DNA of 64,000 nt from assembly GCF_021028975.2 (NCBI RefSeq), contig NC_059436.1, positions 25,544,001 through 25,608,000 on the forward strand. The letters run 5' to 3'. The notes below the pieces were generated by a model that was not told the DNA's origin, did no database searches, and saw nothing but the letters and a program-made list of their open reading frames with translations. Shown here in pieces: positions 1 to 18,319 of the stretch. The number at the start of each line of letters is the position of its first letter. Positions within the stretch are counted from its first letter, which is position 1. Source of the stretch: Sphaerodactylus townsendi (Eukaryota). The position numbers were made by a program, and so were the translations under genes.

Positions 1-55
1 CTGTGCTAAGTCCACACAGCTCATCTGAGGATGTGTTTAACCCTTGCCTGACCAG

Positions 56-3000
56 GAAGAGGAGGAGAGCCAAGCAGAATCAGGAAAGGAGGACCAGAAA
101 GACAACGCTGGGGCTGCTGGTGAGGAGGAGGTGAAGCTGCAGCCGCCAACGCCCGCCCCGGCTGAGGAGAAAGTGGCTGCAGAGGCCTCTGCAGGAGAGG
201 ACCAAGAAAAGGATGCGGGCAAGAAGCACAACTCCCAGGTGGACATAAAAGCAGGCTTTGTTTCAGCGGGGGGTGGGGAGGGGTCTGTGCCAATGAAATC
301 TCACTCCTGCATGTCAACATGTTAGCATCTGATGGCTGAGTGCATTGAAGAACAGCAAGATCCCAGTTCAGTCGCACCTCAAAGTGCAACAAGATGTTGG
401 GGAATATGAACATTTGCGAGTCCCTTTGTCAGATATGAACTTTGACCCTCATCAGCACATTCTTAGAGAATCTTCCTGTACTCTCAGGTGCTACTGAGAA
501 TCACACTTCTTCATGCAACCTGTGATTGGTGTTTGGAATATGCTGCCACAGGAGGTGGTGATGGCCACTAACCTGGATAGCTTTAAAAAGGGCTTGGACA
601 GATTTATGGAGGAGAAGTCGATCTCTGGCTACCAAGCTTGATCCTCCTTGATCTGAGATTGCAAATGCCTGAGTAGACCAGGTGCTCGGGAGCAGCAGCA
701 GCCGCAGAAGGCCCTTCCTTTCACCTCCTGCACGTGAGCTCCCAAAAGCACCTGGTGGGCCACTGCGAGTAGCAGAGTGCTGGACTAGATGGACTCTGGT
801 CTGATCCACAGGCTCTTTCTTATGTTCTTACTGAACTCAAATCTAGACTCTCCACTGCAGACCATCACAGCCACCCTCTGAAACTATCAGCTGGAAAACT
901 ACCATTTGCTGCACATGGAACCCTTTCTGGCTGAAGGGTTTGTCTCACGTTTTGGTGTTGTCAGAGCTGGCTCTGCAGGAGAGGTCCGGCTTCTTAAAAT
1001 CATTTGCTGTTATGTACAGTCTGAAAGGAGCAAGCTGGGTACTCAGGAGCAGCAGTGGCGGAGGAGGTTAAGAGCTCGTGTATCTAATCTGGAGGAACCG
1101 GGTTTGATTCCCAGCTCTGCTGCCTAAGCTGTGGAGGCTTATCTGGGGAATTCAGATTAGCCTGTACACTCCCACACATGCCAGCTGGGTGACCTTGGGC
1201 TAGTCACAGCTTCTCGGAGCTCTCTCAGCCCCACCTACCTCACAGGGTGTTTGTTGTGAGGAGATTGTCAGCCCCTTTGAGTCTCCTGCAGGAGAGAAAG
1301 GGGGGATGTAAATCCAAACTCTTCTTCTTCTTCATGACCCTGCAAACTGAGGGTGCTCTCTGAAATGTGGTCTTCTTGTGGATATTGCTAAAGTCCAGCT
1401 AATTAAAAACAACAACAACAAGAATACTCTGTCAAGTTCTTGACTGCAAACAGAGCCAGCGTGGCATAGTTAAGAGCAGCAGACTCTGACGAACATAAGA
1501 ACTAGCCAGCTGGATCAGACCAGAGTGCATCTAGTCCAGCACTCTGCTACTCGCAGTGGCCCACCAGGTGCCTTTGAGAGCTCACGTGCAGGATGTGAAA
1601 GCAATGGCCTTCTGCTGTTGCTGCTCCCGATCACCTGGTCTGTTAAGGCATTTGCAACCTCAGATCAAGGAGGATCAAGCTTGGTAGCCATAGATCGACT
1701 TCTCCTCCATAAAACTGTCCAAGCCCTTTTTAAAGCTATCCAGGTTAGTGGCCATCACCACCTCCTGTGGCAGCATATTCCAAATGCCAATCACACGTTG
1801 CATGAAGAAGTGTTTCCTTTTATTAGCCCTAATTCTTCCCCCCAGCATTTTCAATGGATGCCCCCTGGTTCTAGTATTGTGAGAAAGAGAGAAAAATTTC
1901 TCTCTGTCAACATTTTCTACCCCATGCATAATTTTATAGACTTCAATCATATCCCCCCTCAGACGTCTCCTCTCCAAACTAAAGAGCCCCAAACGCTGCA
2001 GCCTCTCCTCATAAGGAAGGTGCTTCAATCCTCAATCACCCTCGTTGCCCTTCTCTGCACTTTTTCTATCTCTTCGATATCCTTTTTGAGATGTGGCGAC
2101 CAGAACTGAACACAGACTCTTAATCTGTTGAGCTGGATTTTTTCCTCACTCCTCCACATGAAGCCTGCTTTCAGAACTCTCTCAGCCCACACACTTCACA
2201 AGGTCTCCGCTGTGCAGAGGGAGGAAGGGTTGGGAAAGTATTTGGAAGCTGCTTTGAGACTCGTTATGGTAGAGAAAAGCGAGACACAAAAATCAACTCC
2301 TCCAAACAGCATCTGTTCATCCTGAACTCTGTCCTCTCAGGAAGCCATGGAGAAGCCAGGATCTGGGAAGGCCGAGGAGCCTGCTAAAAGTCCTGGGGGG
2401 GACGGTGCAAAAGCACAAGAGGAAGGAGATGAGAAAAAGCTGAAGCCTCCAAAGAAGCAGAAGGTGGTGGAAGAGATCACGGTGGAGCTGGACGTGAACG
2501 ACGTCCCTGAGCCTCTGCCGGAAGAGCTGCAGGCCTCCATCAACAAGTGGGTTTGGGGGAAGCTGCCGGGCACCCCTTGCCCCCCCCCCCCCCCGCCTGT
2601 CAGTCAGGACGGCTGTGCTGGGAATGGGAAGGGCTGCCGTTGGTTGGCTGCTCCCTTCAGGCCTGGTTGGTTTTTGCCATGACAGGTTGCAAGAGCTGAC
2701 TGCAAGAGACCTCGAGAAACAGGAGAGGGAGAGGTCGGCCAATAGCCTGGAGGCCTTCATCTTTGAGACCCAGGTAGGACGAGGGGCCAGAGGCTGGGGG
2801 TGTGTGTGTCTCAGCCGTTAGATCCCAGCTGGTCCTAACGCTGCCCCATTGGATGGTGCTTTCCTCACTCTCAGGCGCTCAGTTTTCCATTTGCACCCCC
2901 TCAACCTGTACAGTCTCTTTGCCCCGCCCAACCCAATCGTCCATCGTGCCCATTTTTCTTACCTCCCAGCCAGTTATTTTTTTCAAAGTTTTGTTTGGTG

Positions 3001-6000
3001 GCATCGTGGGAAAACCAGGATGTCAGGGGTGGGGTGGGAAGTGATACATGCACATGTGCAGATATCACCCCTCACTGGGGGAAGGGATTCAAGCAAACTA
3101 TTTCTGACAATTTTCAGACTTTTCTGCAAATCTGAAGATACTCCCAGTTGCTGTCTAGGCATGACTGCTCTGTATACATATTTTGGGAGCCCTCCTCTTG
3201 GAACACAGCTGTTCTTCCACTGGGAGAAGCAGAGATTGTTCCACTTTCTGTAGTCAGGTTCATGAAATCTGGGAAACCGCGGCATGTTGAAAGCCTGGCA
3301 GGTCTGCTTTGCCTTCGCTGTGAAGAACTGACTCTCTGCTTCTCTTTCCAGGATAAACTGTACCAGGAGGAGTACCAGCTTGTTTCATCTGACAAAGAGA
3401 GAGAAGCAATCCTCCAGAAGCTCAGTGAAGCCTCCACCTGGATGGAAGAAGAAGGCTTTGCAGCCACGACTAAGGTTCGGGCCTTTCCAGTGGCTCTGTG
3501 GAGGCTTCTTCATGCTGCTTAGAAGCTGCTTTATGCCAATTCACTCCTTTTGGCGCCTCTGCTCTCATGGTCTTCTCTGTCTGCGGCCCTCCAGGGAGGG
3601 GTCTTTGCCCACACTTGCTGCCTGGTATCAGTTACCAGGAGAGTCCTGGGACTTCTGGCATAGCAAGCATGTGTGCTTCTGCTGAACCAGGGTGCATGTC
3701 TCTCCCAAGGGCCAACCTTCTTTCAGACGGAGCCAGGAAGTGGGTGCAAGTAACCGATTGCCGTGGGTGTCCCAAGCAGCGTGGCACCCAGTGGACCCAC
3801 CCACCCCTCTCGACATGGACTGAGCCCTCGTGGCCACAGTGCCTCTGCTGCCTTGATCCCCTCCTGGCTGATGTTTGTGTCACAACCGATTTTGTAGAGG
3901 TTTCAATTCTTTCCCATTCCCCAGGAACTGAAGGAGCGGCTCTTGGAACTGAAGAAGTTGTGCCGCAGCCTGTTCTTCCGCGTGGAGGAGAGGCGGAAGT
4001 GGCCGGAGCACCTGGGTGCCTTGGAAGGTCTTCTCAATCACTCCGCCATCTTCCTCAAGTACGAGTGCCCTTCGTTCGGGGGGGGGGGGGTGCAGTTCCT
4101 GAAAGCTCTGTACTGTAGGAGGTTCCCAGGCATTCCAGGAATGTGAAATGCCTGCTGCAGTGTTCTAACCCTGCTCGCGGTGTTGCTGAACAGACCTCGG
4201 TGTTCGTAGAAAGAAACCATAGAGAGGCAAAGGTGTGGCTGGGCCTCCATGCCCTGTGGAGCGCTGGGGCTGAAATAAGCCAGGTGGGAGTCAGGACAGA
4301 TGGCTTGACTTGCTTGTCTGCTCTGCTTGAACACTGGCTGGGATCTCATGTAGAACGTGGAGGCTGGGTTCCCTGTGAGTTCAGCAGGGAGGCCCAGGCA
4401 TGCCGAAAGTGTCCTGCCCTACTGGGTGAGAGCAAATGTGATGTTTTTGCTAGGGCTGCAAAGACCAGCTTCAGATCTCTACTTAGCCATCAATCTGATT
4501 GGGTGGGCTTGGGCCCTTTGCAGCTCCTCCACCTCACTTGCACCTCCCAGAGGATGGGGGTGGGGGTGGGGGAGGGAGCCGTAGGTGTTGCCTCAACCTC
4601 TTCAGGGGGATCAGAAGGCAGCGGACAAAACTCAGGACTTGTGCTCCAGAGGGAGGGAGGTGCTTCCCCATAACCCCCTTGAGGCTGCCACTCCAAGGCC
4701 TGCGTTGCTTTTCTGCTTGGGTGTTTGCCGGCTGTTCTTTTCTCTGGGCAACACACAGGCATACAGGTTGACACACCAGCGCCCAGGTTCTTGTGCGTCA
4801 GATGGAGTGCTCCTGGGCCTTCTGCCGGCTCTGCAGATGGAGCAGAAGGAACCCCTTTCCCAGCAGCTGTGGGGGGAAGGGTGTGATGGCACAGCAGGGC
4901 TCTTCAGGCAGGGCACCACTTTCCTCACAGGATTAGCCTCTGGCCTTCCCCATGGGAGGTGCTCACGCAGGAGTCGCCAGCAGAGGCTTTCCTTGGCGGA
5001 CTTGGCTTGAGGCAGGGCACTCCTGTGCTCACGTCCTGGAGGGCAGGAGAAAAAGACCAAGGTTCTTGTTTGCTTTTCAGGGGAGCCAGAATGATCCCAG
5101 AGGCCGATCAGATATTCACAGAGGTGGAGCTGAGTACCCTGGAAGCAACTATAAATGCTACAGCGGTAAGAAGAGGGCTTGTGAGGGGATCTCTTTCATT
5201 CTGGGCTGGTTCTCAGCTGGTTCACGTGTGACCAAAGTCTATTGCCCAGCAAAGAAAGCGGAAGTGCTAGTGGTTTTGGACCCTGCCTACCCCTCCCCTG
5301 ATGGGAAGGAAAGGACAGCTCTTGCCTGAGGCTAGGAAGGGAGTGTGGTGCAGGTTTATGCTGCGCTGCCAAATGGGTTGGCCCCCTGTGGAGGGCGGCA
5401 CTGCACGTGACAGGTCTTGCCTGGTGAAGCATGGCTGTGCCTTGGTTTGTCATCTCAGCTGTGGAAGAACGAGACTCTTGCAGAGCAGAGCAAACTGCCT
5501 CCCACGGAGAAACCTGTCTTGCTCTCCAAAGACATTGAGCTGAAGATTGCTGCTCTGGACAGAGAGGTCCAGTATCTCCTCAACAAGGCCAAGTTTGCCA
5601 GGCCTAAGCCCAAGAAGAACACCACCAAAACAGAAGCAGGCAAGAACGCGACAGTGCCCCCCCTGGACGAGAACGTCATTCCTCCGAAGGAGGAGAGCCA
5701 GGAAGGTGAGTGGGTGCCCAGAGTCTGGACCAGAGAGGTCTCGAGGTTCCCACTGCACAGTTGGCTTCAGGACAGCACTTTCCCCAACTGTTGCATTCTG
5801 CACAATGAAAGGGGCTGAACTGGGGGGTGGGGGAGTCACTACACGTAACCCAGCACCTCTCCTCTTGGATGCAGCCTTCCTGACAAAACATCTTTTTCCC
5901 CCTCTACCAGATGATGCCAGCCCAGTCAAAGAGCCCCCCACAGTGGAGAATTCCATATTGGATGACGACTCAAGACCAGACATGGGTAAGAGAGAGGTGG

Positions 6001-6632
6001 CCTAGGCAGGTTGTGAGTGGTCTTCCTCTTCCCTGCATTTGAAGGGAGCATAGAACCCCCCTCCCCTGGGACCTTGCAGTTCTTGGACTCTGCATTGAGG
6101 AATGACCTCCATAGTGTGGAATAATTGTGCATCTTAAAGCAGCTGATGTTTGTGCTGTTCGTTTCATTCATGCCCAACGCTCCTCAGCTGCCATCACTTG
6201 GGGTGCTCTTTGCACAAACCTTCCAGGGCCTTTTAAAAGAAACAAAATCTATAAGAATTTGTGTTCTTCCTTCCTCCTTATCCCAACAATTATATGGGAT
6301 CCTGCTGTTGTTGTTCAACCAGGCCAGATAGAAGTCACCAGTGGGGCAGTTTTTCCCTCTGTGGGTACCCATCTCATCAGCCCAATTTGTTTCTGCCATT
6401 GCCTTGTTACACTGTTCAAGTACACCATGATAGCAAACCACCCTCTTGAAGCAACAAATGTTCTTATGTTTGGGCCTTCCCTCCTGCACAGTCATTTTGA
6501 TTTGAACTTCTTGTCTCATGTGCTGGACATATAAATGTTTTAATTCATTTTTTTCTCTTTTATCACATAGACCAACAAACAGAAAAGAATTCAGATGCAA
6601 GAGAAGACACCAGAAAAAATGATGAATTATAA
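56..6632 (+). CDS. HYOU1: Hypoxia up-regulated 1 (ORP150/GRP170, ER Hsp70-family chaperone), 3' part; gene begins upstream of the window
   Basis: Phase-consistent AG/GT exons: 56-238, 2341-2546, 2686-2773, 3352-3474, 3925-4058, 5081-5165, 5459-5705, 5911-5985, 6571-6632. Peptides LQELTARDLEKQERERSANSLEAFIFETQDKLYQEEYQ and KIAALDREVQYLLNKAKF match GRP170; ends in the ER-retention signal KNDEL-TAA. Confidence 0.96.
503..830 (+). mobile_element. CR1-type LINE 3' fragment
   Basis: End of ORF2 (WNMLPQEVVMATNLDSFKKGLDRFMEEK), 3'UTR and TTCTTATGTTCTTA tail; near-identical to 1488-2112(-) and 30760-31019(+). Confidence 0.85.
1046..1333 (+). mobile_element. tRNA-derived SINE (Squam3-like) with (CTT)n tail
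   Basis: A-box-like GTGGCGGAGGAGG, B-box-like GGTTTGATTCC, (CTT)n end; near-identical copy at 45540-45835. Confidence 0.8.
1488..2112 (-). mobile_element. CR1-type LINE 3' fragment inserted into an older SINE
   Basis: ORF 1675-2028(-) is the CR1 ORF2 C-terminus (YEERLQRLGLFSLERRRLRGDMIEVYKIM). Flanked by TSD CAGACTCT (1480-1487 and 2113-2120), which splits a degenerate SINE (about 1452-2305). Confidence 0.88.
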
Positions 6633-7549
6633 CAGTTTTGAAATCCCGTTTGTCAGTGTCTATTTATTTGCACTTAATTCCATTGTTTTCCAAGGGACCT
6701 GATTGGTGGAACAGGGCAGGCTGAAGATAAAGTGAAATAGAACTGTCTGTCTCTTCCCCTTGCCTTTGGGGATTTCCTGGGTGCTAATCCTGGCGTGTCT
6801 TGTCTCTGTTTCCTATGTTAAGGGTGATACATAGAGATTCCTGCCCGCCCCCCTTTGCTGTATTTCACAGTGTTCTTTGTGGAATCAACACTGTCAGTCT
6901 GCTGCCCATCAAACTGTTTTCAGTACTAGCAAACAATGGGACACGTTAGCTGTATCTAAATGGAAACGATGTATGACCTCCAGCCGCAGCTTTATCTGAG
7001 AGTAGGGCAGCTCATGCCATTTTCCGTACAATAGAAACTGTTGGTGAAAGTAGCAGTGGAACCTAAAAGAAGTGGATCCAGAAAATCACAGTCCTGCTAC
7101 TAAGCAAAGACTCTAAAAATGTCTAGCGATCTGAGAGCCAGGGTGGGCATCAAGAAGGCGGCCAAGGAACACGGCAAGTTTTCACTCCGCCACACACTTG
7201 TCAGCTAAGGTTGGTTCCCTTGGGGGAGCGGGGGAGGTGCTTTTCACACCCCACGGCAAGGCCCGCTGCACCTGGCCTCTGTTTCAGTGGGGCCAGGCGA
7301 CAACCTCTCCTGGCCTTCCTCGTACCGCAGAGAAGGCCGTCTGATGAGGGTGGTTCATGGGATAGAGCCGCCTGGAGTTTGCCTAACCACAGCCTGCCCC
7401 CCCCCTTTGGTGCACCTCTGGGTGTCTTCCGCTGAGCAGCGGGGGGCCCAAAGGTTTAAGCAGAGGCGGAAGGCAGGCTGGCTGGGGCTCGTGCCAGGCG
7501 CATCTTCATTGTTCCCCTCGGCCCAAGGGGCGCTGGCCACGGCCTGAGA

Positions 7550-8579
7550 GGATGCCCACCTGGGGCGACCCTGCACCCTCGGGCCGCCGGAGGGCACGGG
7601 GGGGGGGGTGGCCAGGAGCGCGGCCGGAGGTTTCCCGGCCCGGCCCCTCGTCTACGCTGAGCGCGGCCCCTGGCGGCGGGAAGGTCGCAAAGCAGGGGGC
7701 GTGGCGCGGGTGGGCAGCGCCGGGCGATTGGAGGAGACGGCAGAGTGGCGTGCGTCCTGCGCAATGGACGGGCCGAGCGCCGGTCTGGCCGCGGGGGGCG
7801 ATGCAGGCGTGGGGCGCCGTCGCCCCCCTGCTGCGTGGGTCAAGCCCGCGTGGCCGAGGCGGGAGCGGCGTCTTTGCCCGACAGCTCCCCACTGAGCGCT
7901 GCCACCTCCCTTGGCCAGGTGCTCTGCCCGCACCCCCGTGGCAGCCCGCCGCGCGGAGCCTTTCGCCAGCCGGCCCGCGAGAGAGCCCTGCTGCCGGCAA
8001 GGACTGCCTGCCCTCGGCCCTGCCCAGGAGACGGCAGCGCGGCAGCGGCTTCCGACCGCGGAAGGCCTCGGGCTGCCCGGCGCGTCGCCCGCCAAGGGGG
8101 TCCCGGCAGCTGTCGAGGGGGCTCCCAAGCAGTTGGGGGAAAGCGCCGAAGGTCGTGCCCCGCCTGCGCCCGCCCCTGCTGGAGCCCCGGGGCCAGGGGG
8201 CGGGGAGGCCGGCTCCTCTTTCCGCGCTGGAGGCAGCCCTGCTAGGGCGGGTGGGGGGAGGGATTGAGGCCAAACGGCACGTCCAGCCCCGCCGGCGGAG
8301 TTAATCATTCTCCAGGAGAAGCCGGAGAGCAGGACGGGGCGCGTGCAAAGGGCCCAGCTCAGCAGAATCCCTCCTCCTCCTCCACCCCCACCCCCACCCC
8401 CCCGGGCCCCCGTCTCCCGCTCAGCGCCAGCTGCTGTCGGAGCCTCGCAGACTGGCCAGCGCGTTCGCTGCTGCTGCTGCTGCTGCTGGGAGACCGGGAC
8501 TTCTGGGAAGAGCGTCGTCCTGCCCCCAAAAGCCTCTCTTTGCCCTTGGGGAGGCCACCCCAGCAGCAGCAGCAGCGCC
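7550..8579 (+). promoter_or_regulatory. CpG-island promoter/5'UTR of SLC37A4 with an HNF1-like site (GTTAATCATT, 8300-8309)
   Basis: Very high GC/CpG content directly upstream of ATG 8580; partial match to HNF1 consensus GTTAATNATTAAC. Confidence 0.7.
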
Positions 8580-13381
<4,802 letters not shown>

Positions 13382-13926
13382 TAATGACATACTTGGCAAA
13401 GTCCCACCACACCCGTGGGGCTTGCATTATTCATCTTAGATGGATCTGATTAACCAACCCTGGCAATGCCAAGGTGTGGCAGGCACCACTGTTGGATGTC
13501 CAGAACTGACCTCTGCTCCCTTTTATGTTTTCACAGCAGGAACAGTGGTAGCTGAACAGAACTGCCCCCTGCCCCACCTGCCAGGTACATCTGGCTTGCA
13601 GGGGAAGTTGGCTTGCTGAATGTGTCTTGTTTTCCAAGACTGCCTGCATGCTTCGGAGAAATGTAACGGAGCTAAGGGCAGGATTTTTTAAAACGTCTAG
13701 TACTAGCACAGAGTATGACGGCTACAGCTGCCAGATATTTGCATGCTAGGCAGTATTTGAAGTACAGCTACTGTTGTCAGTCTCTCTTCCTCCCCTGACT
13801 CTTGATCTTCCTGCTAGTGAATCAATGCAGCACTGAGTGGTATTGCAGAAACCGTTAGGAGCAAATCTTGCACTGAGGACTGATATGATTCAAAATCAGT
13901 TTGCTGTAATTAAGTATCCAGTGACC

Positions 13927-13932
13927 AATAAA
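13927..13932 (+). terminator. Poly(A) signal of SLC37A4
   Basis: First AATAAA about 640 nt after the stop codon. Confidence 0.65.
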
Positions 13933-14082
13933 CCCTGCAACAGGCGCTTCCAGCTCCTTTCCAAATGCTCAGACTTCCACCAGCCAGAGGTTGAGTGAAG
14001 CTCTATCCCTCCCATGTCAGTTTCGTCAGCTTACTGCTGAGCCCTAGCCCCAGCTCACAGTTCAAGCCTCTGTCTGGAATGC

Positions 14083-14088
14083 TTTATT
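14083..14088 (-). terminator. Poly(A) signal of TRAPPC4
   Basis: TTTATT on + strand (AATAAA on -), about 240 nt past the TRAPPC4 stop. Confidence 0.65.
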
Positions 14089-14324
14089 TACACAACAGAA
14101 CAGCAACACACACGTATTTATACACACACATATATCAGCAAGCCCCAGGAAATAACGTAACTCAGCTTGCAGCTTCCCCTGGATCTGACCATTCTCACCA
14201 AGGGTGACTTTAGCTGAAAATCAGTGTGGAGAACAGCCAGGAAGACGACTTGCCCGAAAACCTTTTTCTGACCCAGTCATGCTGGAAAGAATCCAATAGG
14301 ATGCTGAAACAGGAAAAATCTGTC

Positions 14325-17776
<3,452 letters not shown>

Positions 17777-17925
17777 GAAGCTGAGTTGCTTTGGTGAGTC
17801 TGGATTCCTGCTTGCCACACAGCTTGTTGGGATTCCGACAAAGCAGAGCAGTACAGTTCTAATTAGTTCTCTGTTTGCTTTACAGGGTTACAAGCAATAC
17901 TTAAACTTCTTGGCATATTCATAAA

Positions 17926-17931
17926 AATAAA
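17926..17931 (+). terminator. Poly(A) signal of RPS25
   Basis: AATAAA in the non-coding last exon starting at 17886, followed by GT-rich sequence. Confidence 0.8.
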
Positions 17932-18174
17932 CAGTTGAACTTTTCAGACTGGTGTTGTCTTTCACAGGTACAGCTGAGTAAAGAGTGTTCAGCTGCTCAT
18001 TGTACCAGGCTTGCCCCCAAAGCTTTTCTCTTGTATCAAGTCATGCCTTGTGTTTAGTCTTGATCACCACTCAACATAGAAATAGTAATTGTGCCTTGAA
18101 CACTGCTGTGAAGTACATAAATGTGATGCTAGAAAGAGCAGCTTAGACATCTCCATCAGAAAAGGAACTTTGTG

Positions 18175-18196
18175 TTTATTATACTTGCAGTTTATT
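18175..18196 (-). terminator. Tandem poly(A) signals of CENATAC
   Basis: Two TTTATT on + (18175-18180, 18191-18196), 125-145 nt past the stop. Confidence 0.65.
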
Positions 18197-18319
18197 GTTT
18201 TGAAAAGCACAGGATTTACAGGAACATCTAATACAACAAAGGACAAGCATGCTCTTCCTCAGAGGCTGTGCTCTGTCTAGAGGTTAGAATCCAAAGGGAG
18301 GATTATTACAGGCTCCACT

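Noticed and set aside
17777-17885. Intron downstream of the RPS25 stop as an NMD trigger
   Set aside because: The junction is only 17 nt after the stop, below the 50-55 nt rule.
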